Notes under the pieces: generated by a model
Told to the model about the DNA's origin: nothing
Database searches by the model: none
What the model saw: the letters and a program-made list of their open reading frames with translations, nothing else
Source of the DNA: an uncultured Verrucomicrobiae bacterium
GTDB lineage: Bacteria; Verrucomicrobiota; Verrucomicrobiia; Limisphaerales; UBA11358
Assembly: GCA_963744965.1 (NCBI GenBank)
Contig: CAVUVT010000008.1
Span: 69,767-133,766 of the forward strand
DNA length: 64,000 bases
Reading direction: 5' to 3'
Position numbers and translations under genes: made by a program
Part shown: positions 10,227 through 19,511 of the stretch, piece by piece
Numbering within the stretch: the first letter of the stretch is position 1
Layout of the letters: the number at the start of each line of letters is the position of its first letter

Positions 10227-11006
10227 ATGAAATTTAGCAAAGTCAGTCGCCGCCGATTTATTCTCGCCACATTGCTATTAATGCCTTGTGCGGTTGTTGG
10301 CGACGCTGGATGGATCGAGCCGCAGTGGGTCAAAATTCGCCGGCTGCGCCTGACGGACGACAAGCCGACCCATCGCTTCATTCATTTCAGCGATTTGCAT
10401 CACAAAGGCGACCGCGCACATACACAATCCGTCGTGGACCTGATCAATTCGTTGTCGCCGGATTTTGTGTGTTTCACCGGCGACATCATGGAAGAGGGAA
10501 AATACCTGACGGAAGCCCTCGAAATTTTATCCGGCGTCAAATCACCCATGTATGGCGTTCCGGGAAACCACGACTACTGGAGCCGCGTGCCGTTCAACGA
10601 AATCATCCAATGCTTTGCCGCCACCGGCGGCGCCTGGCTCGTGGATGAACAACGTGTGATTGCGGATGGAAAAATCAATCTCGTGGGCATGGCCCGTCTT
10701 GGCCCCGGACATCCATTGCCCTCCGCCGACCCCGGAAGGAAAAACATCCTGCTCATGCACTACCCCGCGTGGGTCAAACGATTGGCGGGTCAAAAATTTG
10801 ATTTGATGCTGGCGGGACATTCCCATGGCGGACAGGTGCGCATCCCTTTTTACGGACCGATAATGGTTCCTTACGCCGTGGACGAATATGATCTGGGATT
10901 GTTCCAAACGGAAGCCGGCCCGTTGTATGTGACCTCCGGCATCGGTTGGTTTCCCGTGCCCATTCGTTTTAATTGCCGGCCGGAAATTGCAGTCATGGAA
11001 ATTTGA
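10227..11006 (+). CDS. metallophosphoesterase (calcineurin-like)
   Basis: Motifs HFSDLHH, GDIMEEG, GNHDYW and GHSHGGQ. RRRF-containing signal-like N-terminus. Confidence 0.85.
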   Translation: MKFSKVSRRRFILATLLLMPCAVVGDAGWIEPQWVKIRRLRLTDDKPTHRFIHFSDLHHKGDRAHTQSVVDLINSLSPDFVCFTGDIMEEGKYLTEALEILSGVKSPMYGVPGNHDYWSRVPFNEIIQCFAATGGAWLVDEQRVIADGKINLVGMARLGPGHPLPSADPGRKNILLMHYPAWVKRLAGQKFDLMLAGHSHGGQVRIPFYGPIMVPYAVDEYDLGLFQTEAGPLYVTSGIGWFPVPIRFNCRPEIAVMEI

Positions 11007-11113
11007 CCCGGTGCAAACGGAGCGCGGACAGCTTGGCTGCGTTGGAGTTCATGCTTCAGCTTGTCCTTAACAAGCCAAAGCCCGCTGCTGGAAGGGGCCG
11101 GTTGGCTTGGACA

Positions 11114-11554
11114 TCACAAAGCCGCAATATCTTCGTTCCAAAGTTCCGGCCTGGCTTTGATGAAATCGCGCATGAGCCGGATGCATGTCGGGTCCTGGAG
11201 CACTTCCAACTGCACGCCTTGCGAGCGGACGTATTCTTCCGGGCCTTGAAAAGTTTCGTTTTCTCCGACGACGATACGCGGGATTTTGTAAAGCAACACT
11301 GCGCCGCTGCACATCGGACAGGGTGAAAGCGTCGAATAAAGAATGCAGCGCTGGTAAATCGAAGCCTGGAGCTGGCCGGCATTTTCGAGGCAGTTCATTT
11401 CCGCGTGGTGAATGACGCTGCCGCGTTGCACGCGCTGGTTGTGGCCGCGCCCGATGATGTTGCCATCGAGCACCAGCACCGAGCCGATGGGAATGCCGCC
11501 TTCAGCCAGACCCTTTTTGGCTTCCTCAATCGCGGCTTGAAGAAATGGATCCAT
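11114..11554 (-). CDS. CMP/dCMP-type zinc deaminase (cytosine/guanine deaminase-like)
   Basis: HAEMNC and SPCPMCSGA zinc-binding motifs. Start at MDPFLQ avoids the upstream REPIN. Confidence 0.85.
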   Translation of the reverse strand: MDPFLQAAIEEAKKGLAEGGIPIGSVLVLDGNIIGRGHNQRVQRGSVIHHAEMNCLENAGQLQASIYQRCILYSTLSPCPMCSGAVLLYKIPRIVVGENETFQGPEEYVRSQGVQLEVLQDPTCIRLMRDFIKARPELWNEDIAAL

Positions 11555-11592
11555 GCGCGGATTGAAACATGAGACTGTTTGATTGGCAAGTT

Positions 11593-11651
11593 GTGGCACA
11601 GGCCTCCGGCCTGTGTGTTTGGTGAATCACAGGCGAGGACGCCTGTGCCAC
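11593..11651. repeat. REPIN, family 1 (GTGGCACAG...CTGTGCCAC)
   Basis: Two inverted GTGG+hairpin units: GTGGCACAGGCCTCCGGCCTGTG ... CACAGGCGAGGACGCCTGTGCCAC. Confidence 0.85.
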
Positions 11652-11656
11652 CTTGA

Positions 11657-12634
11657 TTACCTCGCAAAAATCTGGCGGATGACGTCTTCAATGGGCACTT
11701 CCTGAATGTCAATGTCGCTCACCGCCAAATCATCGAGCAGCGATTTGCAGACGGCGATGACACGGTCGCGTTTGACTTTGAACTGGATCGTGCCGGCGTT
11801 TTTTTCAACGACTTCGCCGTAACGCGCCAGATTTTCCGCCGGATAATCGTTCGCTTTTTCGCATTGAATGGTGACGAGTTTGAAATCAGCGAAGCGATCC
11901 ATGATTTCGGTCAATTTGCCATCGAAGAAGATTTTGCCGCGGTCAATGATGATGACCCGGTCGCAAAGCGCCTGAATGTCGGCCATGTAATGGCTCGTGA
12001 GCAAAATCGTCGTCTTTTGCCCGGTGTTGTGGCGAAGGATGAATTCGCGGACGATTTTTTGCGAAACCACGTCGAGGCCAATGGTCGGTTCGTCGAGGAA
12101 CAACACCTTGGGCTGGTGCAGCAGCGAGGCGATCAGTTCCATCTTCATGCGTTCGCCGAGCGACAGTTCGCGCACGCTGATGTTGAGCTTGTCGCGGACG
12201 TTGAGCATTTCGCTCATTTCGGTGACGGTGCGCTCAAACCGATCGGCGGGGATGCCGTAAATTTTAGCGTTCAGCTCGAGCGATTCACGCGCGGGGAGGT
12301 CCCACCAAAGCTGGTTTTTCTGGCCGAGCACGAGCGCGAACTGGCGGCGGTAGCCGTCGGCGCGTTCCCACGGCACGTAACCGAGCACGCGGGCCGAGCC
12401 GCCGGTGGGATAAAGCAAACCGGCGAGCATCTTGAGCGTGGTGGTCTTGCCCGCGCCATTGGGACCGAGAAAACCGACCAGTTCGCCGGGTTCAATCTTG
12501 AAGCTGACGTCGTTGACGGCGATGGTTTGTTCGTATTGGCGATGGAACAGCCCTTTGATGGCGCCGCCAAATCCCGGCTGCTTTTTGTAAGTGCGAAAGG
12601 CCTTGGTGAGACCGCTGACTTCAATGACGGGCAT
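11657..12634 (-). CDS. ABC transporter ATP-binding protein
   Basis: Walker A GPNGAGKTT, signature LSLGERMK and Walker B LFLDEPT. Confidence 0.9.
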   Translation of the reverse strand: MPVIEVSGLTKAFRTYKKQPGFGGAIKGLFHRQYEQTIAVNDVSFKIEPGELVGFLGPNGAGKTTTLKMLAGLLYPTGGSARVLGYVPWERADGYRRQFALVLGQKNQLWWDLPARESLELNAKIYGIPADRFERTVTEMSEMLNVRDKLNISVRELSLGERMKMELIASLLHQPKVLFLDEPTIGLDVVSQKIVREFILRHNTGQKTTILLTSHYMADIQALCDRVIIIDRGKIFFDGKLTEIMDRFADFKLVTIQCEKANDYPAENLARYGEVVEKNAGTIQFKVKRDRVIAVCKSLLDDLAVSDIDIQEVPIEDVIRQIFAR

Positions 12635-12640
12635 AAACGT

Positions 12641-12680
12641 TTGCGAATTGCAGATTGCCGACTGCGGATTTAATTCGCAA
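12641..12680. repeat. heptamer array closed by a short inverted repeat
   Basis: TTGCGAA TTGCAGA TTGCCGA CTGCGGA followed by AATTCGCAA, the reverse complement of the first unit. Confidence 0.6.
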
Positions 12681-12686
12681 TCAAGT

Positions 12687-14074
12687 TTAGCGCATCAACT
12701 GCTTCTCGAGGTAATGGACAACCTGGCGGACGTTGGCGTCCACCTCCATGCGGTCTTTAACCAGGCGGCAGGCGTGCAGCACCGTGCCGTGATCGCGTCC
12801 GCCGTAGGCCTCGCCGATGGTATTGAGCGAACTTTCCGTCATCTGGCGCGAAAGATACATGGCGATCTGGCGCGGGAAGGCGATGTTTTCCGGGCGGCGC
12901 TTGCTGGTCATGTCGGCCAGGCGAATGTCAAAATGTTCCGCGACTTTCTTCTGAATGACTTCGATATTGATGGAAAAACGGCCCTCCTCGTGAAGGATTT
13001 CACGCAGCAAGCCTTCGACAACTTCGATGGTGAGCTTCTTGCCCGTGAGCGAGGCGTAGGAGGCCACGCGGATGAGCGCGCCTTCCAGCCGGCGGACGTT
13101 GGTGCGGATGCGATTGGCCAGGAAATTCATGATGTCGTCTGACAGGGTCACGCCCATGATCTGCGCCTTCTTCTGGAGAATGGCCAGGCGCATTTCAACA
13201 TCCGGCGGTTGCAGGTCGGTGACCAGGCCCCATTCGAACCGCGAGACGAGGCGGTGTTCAAGCCCCTGAATTTCGCTGGCCGGCCGGTCACACGTGAGCA
13301 CGATTTGCTTGTGGGACTCGTGCAGCGCGTTGAAGGTATGGAAAAATTCCTCCTGGATGCGTTCCTTGCCGGCGAGAAATTGAATGTCGTCAATCAACAG
13401 CACGTCAGTCTGACGATATTTCTTGCGGAATTTGGCGAGCTGGTTGTTTTGGATTCCGTCAATGTATTCGTTCGTGAATTTCTCGGATGAAACGTAGGCG
13501 ACCCGCGCCCCCTTTCTGTTTCCCGAAACGTGCTGGCCAATGGCGTGAAGCAAATGCGTCTTGCCCAGGCCGACGCCGCCATAAAGAAAAAGCGGGTTGT
13601 AGGATTTCCCGGCGCCTGGGCGACGGCGAGCGCGGCGGCATAGGCAAAATTATTATTGTTGCCGACGACGAATGATTCAAAGGTGTTTTTGGGATTGAAA
13701 TGCAGTTCGCTGTTGGCCGGGCGCTCGTGGGCGGATTCGGGAGCTTTGGTTTTGACTGGCGCCGGTGCGGCTGCGGCCGGAACCGGCGCATTTCCCGCGG
13801 CAATTTTGAATTTGACCTGGAACTGGCGGCCGGCAGCAATGGCGAAAGCGTCTTGCAAGAGACTCAGATAATTGTCCTTGAGCCAGACCCCGCTGAATTC
13901 GTTGGCTGCCTCCAGTGTCACGTTGTTGCCGTCAATCGCGCAGGCTCGCAGCGGTGCGAACCACATGTTGTAGGTGTCGTTATTCAGCTTGGAACGAAGA
14001 TGTTCCCGCGCAGAATTCCAAATTTTTTCAGCCGAAAGTTGCATTTGCACTTTATCAAAAAGCCCGTTTTTCAA
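12687..14074 (-). pseudogene. dnaA: chromosomal replication initiator DnaA, split by an apparent 1-nt deletion
   Basis: DnaA domain I and linker are in the frame of 13394..14074. The AAA+ domain and domain IV (SYNPLFLYGGVGLGKTHLLHAIG...) are in the frame open from 13649 to 12687. The frames join at the CCC/TTT run at 13605-13610. Confidence 0.9.
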
Positions 14075-14439
14075 GCGGTTTATTCACCTAGCCCCCCCAT
14101 TCAGGGTTGGCCGCCAGTTTCCGCCGCTGTTCGCCTTGGCAAAGAGCCATGCCCCTGAGAAAGCAGACATACGTTTAACTCTACTGCCAAAAGCTTCATT
14201 TAACAATCGAAACAACCTGCTTATTATCAACACTTTACGAAAAACAAAACCACACCACCGTCAAATGTCTGGTAAAAATGATAAGACGCCCCAAACAACT
14301 TCAATCAACGTGAGCGTTTTATGCAATTGGAACGAAAGTATCTAGGATAACATATTAACTTTTGTTCACGAGTTATTCACAGGCACCTAAATCAAGGGTT
14401 TGCTTGCTTTTCGTTGTCTTCGGACACGCAAGATTTGAC
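14075..14439. promoter_or_regulatory. candidate oriC / dnaA promoter region
   Basis: AT-rich gap upstream of dnaA. DnaA-box-like 9-mers: TTATTCACA (14373-14381), TTATTCACC (14080-14088) and TTATCAACA (14224-14232). Confidence 0.4.
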
Positions 14440-14892
<453 letters not shown>

Positions 14893-15136
14893 TTAATGCC
14901 ATTTACGGTTTGCGTTTGCGCTGGAGCGGCGGTCTGCGACCGTCGCCATTAATTCCGCCGGCGTTCGCCGGGCGCCGCTACAAACCGTATAAAAGTCCTC
15001 CCGGCAAGGGTTGGAGGACTTCCGGTTGGACTAATTCCCCGGTCTCTGGTCATTCTTCGACTGATTAACCAGGTCTTTCTTCCCCAATTTGTCGTGTCTG
15101 GCAAATTTCAAACCCCCGGTAATGTCCTGATTTGCT

Positions 15137-15184
15137 GTAGCGTCGGGCCTGTGGCTCGGAATCGGCGCCCAGCGCCGACACTAC
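15137..15184. repeat. GTAG-type REP pair in the ileS leader
   Basis: GTAGCGTCGGGC...TCGGCGCCCAGCGCCGACACTAC. Minus-strand reading is GTAGTG + hairpin TCGGCGC-TGG-GCGCCGA. Confidence 0.55.
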
Positions 15185-15265
15185 AACAGCCGAATCGGGA
15201 CATCACCAACCCCCCGCGTTCGTTGACACCGCTTTGGGCCGCTGTTACTGTTCGCCTTCCGAAAA

Positions 15266-18163
15266 ATGGCGACCGATTACAAAAACACGCTCAACCTGCC
15301 GCGCACCGGCTTTCCCATGAAAGCCGACCTCGTTGCGCGGGAGCCGGAACGGCTCAAAAAATGGGAAGCCGCGCGGCTCTACCAAAAAATTCAGGAGCAA
15401 CGCATCGGCGCGGGAAAATTTGTTCTGCACGACGGCCCGCCCTTTGCCAACGGCGATGTCCACATCGGCACCGCGCTGAACAAGATTCTCAAGGACATCA
15501 TCATCAAATACAAAACCCTGCGGAATTTCAGCGCCCCGTATATACCGGGCTGGGATTGCCATGGATTGCCCATCGAATTCAAGGTTTCCCAGGAGATGCG
15601 CAAGGGGAGCGCGAACGTCCCGCCTGCGGATAAATCATTTGACGCCGCCACCATCCGCAAAGCCTGCGAAGCCGACGCCCGCAAATACATTGACATCCAG
15701 CGCACCCAATTCAAACGCCTCGGCGTCCTCGGCGACTGGGATAATCCGTATCTGACGCTGACCAAGGAATACGAAGCCGACGAGCTGCGCCTGTTTGCAG
15801 ACATCGTTGAAAAGGGTTTTGTCTATCGCGGCAAAAAACCGGTCTATTGGAGCATTCCCTGCCGCACCGCGCTCGCCGAAGCCGAGGTCGAATATCAGGA
15901 CCATGTCAGCCAGAGCATTTTTGTGAAGTTTCCCGTCGTCGGCCAGCCCAACACGTTTGTGCTCATCTGGACGACCACGCCTTGGACGCTGCCCGCCAAC
16001 CTCGCCGTTGCTTACAACGACAAATTCCAATATGTCCAGGTCGAGGTCACAGGTGAAAAATACATTTTATTCCGCGGTTTGCTGTCCGCCGTCGCGGAGA
16101 AGTGCGGCTGGAGCAATTACAACGAACAACCGTTCCCAACCGAAAAACTTGCCGCACTGCAGTTTCAGCATCCGTTCTGCAACCGCACTGGCAGATTTTA
16201 CCCCGCTGACTTCGTCACCAGCGACACCGGCACCGGTTTTGTCCACATCGCACCCGGCCACGGTCTCGAAGACTACGGTCTGGGCATGAAAGTCGGACTG
16301 CCGATTTATTCGCCCGTGGACGATGACGGCAAGTTCGCCTACACGAATGATTTGCCGGTCGAACAACAGATGCCGAAAGAAATGGTCGGCAAGTCCATTC
16401 TCGAAAAGCATGGCAAGAGCGATGCGAACGAAGCCGTGCTGCACGAATTGCGCGCGCGTCATGCTTTGTTGCACCAAGAGAATTATCATCACAGTTACCC
16501 GCATTGCTGGCGCAGCAAGACACCCATCATCTTCCGCGCGATGGACCAGTGGTTCATCAAGATTGACCACGTCGTGGCACAGGCCTCCGGCCTGTGTGCC
16601 GATGCCAAAAACACAGACCAGAGGTCTGTGCCACAAACCTTTCGCGCCGCTGCCCTCGCCGAGATTGACCGCGTGAAATGGGTCCCGGACTGGTGCGTCA
16701 ATCGCATCAAAAGCCTGGTGCAAACCCGTCCCGACTGGTGCATCTCGCGCCAGCGCACGTGGGGCGTGCCGATTCCGGCATTTTACGACGCCACGGGTGA
16801 ACCGATGCTCGATGCCCAAATCGTCCGCAACACTGCCGATCTGGTTGAAAAACACGGTTCCAACGTCTGGTTCGAGAAATCCGCCGCTGAACTGTGGTCA
16901 CTCGTAAAACCGAAGAATTGGAAAGGCGCGGAAGCCGTCAACAAGTCCAACGATACGCTCGATGTGTGGATTGATTCCGGCTCGTCCTCGCGCTCCGTTT
17001 TGATGCGACGGGCGGAATTTTCTCATTCCACAATCCACAATCCGCAATCCGCATTGGACTGGCAGGCCGACGTCTATCTCGAAGGCAGTGACCAGCACCG
17101 CGGCTGGTTCCAATCATCGCTGCTGCTGTCACTCGCGGGCAACGGTGCCGCGCCGTTCAAGACCGTGCTCACGCATGGATTCATGGTGGATGCCGACCGC
17201 GAAAAGATTTCCAAGAGCAAACAGGCCCAGGGCGGCTACGAAAAACCGCAGACGGCCGAGGCTTACGTGAAGAAACACGGCGCGGACATCGTCCGCCTGT
17301 GGGTCGCGTCACAAGATTATCGCAACGACATCATCGTGAGCGAGGAACGCATTGCCAAAGTCGGCGAAACCTATCGCGGCATCCGCAACGCCCTGCGCTA
17401 CCAACTCTCGAACCTTTGCGACTTCGATCCGGCCAAGCACACCGTGCGCGAAGACGAACTTACCGGCCTCGACCGCTGGATTCTTGGCGAATTCTCCAAA
17501 CTCGAACAGGAAGTTCTCAAAGCTTACGACGACTACGAATTCCACGTAGTCTATCAAAAAGTCAGCCAGTTCATCGCCGTGGAGCTGTCCTCAATTTACC
17601 ACGACGTCATCAAGGATCGGCTCTACACCGACCCGGCCAATTCGCATCGCCGCCGCTCGACACAGACCACGCTGCACCGGCTGGTGACCGGCCTGTGCCA
17701 GATGCTCGCGCCGATTCTGGCGTTCACGGCGGACGAAGCGTGGGAGTTTGTGCCGAAAGCTGTCGTCTCGGTTCATCAAAGTGAATGGATAGCCAGACCG
17801 TTTATGCTCGATCCTCGTGAGCTCGATATATGGGATTGGCTCAAGCTCTGGCGCGAACAACTTCTTCCCGAACTGGAAAAGGCGCGTCAGGCCAAAGCAA
17901 TTGGCAAAGCATTGGAAGCCAAAGTTGAAATCGTCATACCGCAAGTTCAAAATCAGTATTCCGATCGGGAATTGCTCCGCGAACTCGTCAACGTATCGGC
18001 TTTGAAAATTACTGTTGGCAATCCCGTTTCAATCTCGGTTTCTAAAGCCGACGGCCAGAAATGCGAGCGCTGCTGGCATTGGGAAACGGATGTCGGCCAG
18101 AACGCCGAGCATCCGACCATTTGCGGTCGTTGTATCGAGGCGGTGAAACAATTCAAAATGTGA
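15266..18163 (+). CDS. ileS: isoleucine--tRNA ligase
   Basis: N-terminus MATDYKNTLNLPRTGFPMK, HIGH (GDVHIGT), KMSKS (KISKSK) and a C-terminal zinc finger CERCW...CGRC. Confidence 0.97.
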   Translation: MATDYKNTLNLPRTGFPMKADLVAREPERLKKWEAARLYQKIQEQRIGAGKFVLHDGPPFANGDVHIGTALNKILKDIIIKYKTLRNFSAPYIPGWDCHGLPIEFKVSQEMRKGSANVPPADKSFDAATIRKACEADARKYIDIQRTQFKRLGVLGDWDNPYLTLTKEYEADELRLFADIVEKGFVYRGKKPVYWSIPCRTALAEAEVEYQDHVSQSIFVKFPVVGQPNTFVLIWTTTPWTLPANLAVAYNDKFQYVQVEVTGEKYILFRGLLSAVAEKCGWSNYNEQPFPTEKLAALQFQHPFCNRTGRFYPADFVTSDTGTGFVHIAPGHGLEDYGLGMKVGLPIYSPVDDDGKFAYTNDLPVEQQMPKEMVGKSILEKHGKSDANEAVLHELRARHALLHQENYHHSYPHCWRSKTPIIFRAMDQWFIKIDHVVAQASGLCADAKNTDQRSVPQTFRAAALAEIDRVKWVPDWCVNRIKSLVQTRPDWCISRQRTWGVPIPAFYDATGEPMLDAQIVRNTADLVEKHGSNVWFEKSAAELWSLVKPKNWKGAEAVNKSNDTLDVWIDSGSSSRSVLMRRAEFSHSTIHNPQSALDWQADVYLEGSDQHRGWFQSSLLLSLAGNGAAPFKTVLTHGFMVDADREKISKSKQAQGGYEKPQTAEAYVKKHGADIVRLWVASQDYRNDIIVSEERIAKVGETYRGIRNALRYQLSNLCDFDPAKHTVREDELTGLDRWILGEFSKLEQEVLKAYDDYEFHVVYQKVSQFIAVELSSIYHDVIKDRLYTDPANSHRRRSTQTTLHRLVTGLCQMLAPILAFTADEAWEFVPKAVVSVHQSEWIARPFMLDPRELDIWDWLKLWREQLLPELEKARQAKAIGKALEAKVEIVIPQVQNQYSDRELLRELVNVSALKITVGNPVSISVSKADGQKCERCWHWETDVGQNAEHPTICGRCIEAVKQFKM
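16574..16634. repeat. family 1 REPIN inside the ileS coding sequence
   Basis: GTGGCACAGGCCTCCGGCCTGTG...CACAGACCAGAGGTCTGTGCCAC, translated in frame as VAQASGLCADAKNTDQRSVPQ. Confidence 0.85.
17024..17058 (+). repeat. heptamer array (CAATCCR x5) inside ileS
   Basis: CATTCCA CAATCCA CAATCCG CAATCCG CATTGGA, encoding HSTIHNPQSAL. Confidence 0.8.
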
Positions 18164-18188
18164 TGCCGCGCAAATGACCAATGCCCAT

Positions 18189-19040
18189 TTATGCTTTCAA
18201 GAAACCAGCCATGTCCTCCTGAATTTGCTTTTCGGATTTCAATTCGGAAACCGGTTTGTCACCTGCTCCACTTTCCAGCAAATTGATTACAGCTTGTGAA
18301 AGCCCAACAAATCCTACCTCTTCTTGTTTTAAGATACCCTGACAAACAATCTCCACGCTTAAACTGTGCTTTTCGGCAGACATGGTTTTTCCTATTAACA
18401 CGCGGTCAATGATTCTTTGGGCCATAATTAAAATGCAAAGGCAAACCGAACCAAGGTTTTTGATAGCATCTATGCTTCCATGAATTTTAGCGTAATACTC
18501 TATTTCTTCTGAAGTTATTCCAAATTCAGCCAGATTCCCTTCAAAATAATTTAGCACATTAGTAAAATGTAAATCACGTTGCTCCCAATTTGACAGAACG
18601 GCGGCAACAAAACCAATTAGCCAGCCATCTTGGTCGTATAGAGGGTGAGTGGCCGCAACTTCGCCGACAGCGCTATTCAGTTCCTTGTATATTTGAGCAA
18701 AATTATGCCGTCCCACAACCCGCTGCTTTTCCATTATTAGTCGAATGATGTTTGAGGAGTGAAATGACGCAATTTCGGTGCAAAGAGCATTCAAAAACTT
18801 ATCTTCTAATTCTTCCTTTGGAGCAATTTTTTGTTGAACCAAAAGCTCACAAATAGCAAGACCTGCCATTGCACTAGACCCTACCAGCCAGCTTGCAATT
18901 CTTGTGTAAGGGATGTCGTTATTATTTAATATTATGCGTTGCTCCACTTTGAGGCTTTTGGCGTTGATGCTTGGATTGAGTTCCGCCTGTTTCGTGAGCA
19001 TAACCGCACAGCAATTCGGCTTCAATCTTTGGTCTGACAA
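18189..19040 (-). CDS. hypothetical protein (up to 283 aa), AT-rich cassette ORF-c
   Basis: Long ORF in low-GC DNA, helical with several hydrophobic stretches. The 5' end overlaps ORF-b by 119 nt, so the start is uncertain. Confidence 0.6.
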   Translation of the reverse strand: MSDQRLKPNCCAVMLTKQAELNPSINAKSLKVEQRIILNNNDIPYTRIASWLVGSSAMAGLAICELLVQQKIAPKEELEDKFLNALCTEIASFHSSNIIRLIMEKQRVVGRHNFAQIYKELNSAVGEVAATHPLYDQDGWLIGFVAAVLSNWEQRDLHFTNVLNYFEGNLAEFGITSEEIEYYAKIHGSIDAIKNLGSVCLCILIMAQRIIDRVLIGKTMSAEKHSLSVEIVCQGILKQEEVGFVGLSQAVINLLESGAGDKPVSELKSEKQIQEDMAGFLKA

Positions 19041-19188
19041 CGTTGGCGTCTCTCAAAAAAATCTCTGTCAAATCATCTTGGGTTTTGGCAGCACGGATTC
19101 GGTCTATTTGAAGTTGCAACGCTGCATTGGGCTTGCCAGCGCGGGCGACTATCTCATCAACATAGGCTTGCTGGGCTTTAGTTAGCAT
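18922..19188 (-). CDS. hypothetical protein (88 aa), AT-rich cassette ORF-b
   Basis: Start overlaps the ORF-a stop (ATGCTAA). The C-terminal third is low-complexity and overlaps ORF-c. Confidence 0.5.
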   Translation of the reverse strand: MLTKAQQAYVDEIVARAGKPNAALQLQIDRIRAAKTQDDLTEIFLRDANVVRPKIEAELLCGYAHETGGTQSKHQRQKPQSGATHNIK

Positions 19189-19442
19189 GATGACGGTGCT
19201 GACAGTGGCTTAATTTGTTTTTTACTTTCAACTGTTTTCCAGAGGGAAAGCATTTCCGCACCAGTAATATGGTCAGTGCCATGTGGCTGGCCTACATTGT
19301 GAAATCGGATATTTTTAGCTATCCCGATGCCATTTTTAGCAATGACTTCAACTAAATCATCCCAGCTTATTCCGGTCACTTTTTCTATAGGAAGCGGGAT
19401 GTTTTTGATCACTTCTATTTTGTATAGTTTTATGTTTGGCAT
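19182..19442 (-). CDS. hypothetical protein (86 aa), AT-rich cassette ORF-a
   Basis: First ORF of a compact minus-strand operon. No family recognised. Confidence 0.55.
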   Translation of the reverse strand: MPNIKLYKIEVIKNIPLPIEKVTGISWDDLVEVIAKNGIGIAKNIRFHNVGQPHGTDHITGAEMLSLWKTVESKKQIKPLSAPSSC

Positions 19443-19511
19443 ATTCCATTTATTTATTTTGACTTTGCGCCCGGCAAAAATTTTGTCCAGAAAAAATCAC
19501 ACCGGCGGCGG

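Noticed and set aside
13602-13615. Programmed -1 ribosomal frameshift in dnaA at G GGA AAT
   Set aside because: The heptamer fits the slippery pattern. However, no downstream stimulatory structure was evident, the birA lesion is of the same 1-nt type at a non-slippery site, and homopolymer error explains both more simply. It is kept only as a low-probability alternative inside the dnaA finding.
19182-19442. ORF-a as a HicA-like toxin
   Set aside because: There is only a vague resemblance (LVEVIAKNG...H...PHGTDHITGAEMLSLWK versus the HicA G-S-H and C-terminal helix pattern). This is too weak to call without a profile search.
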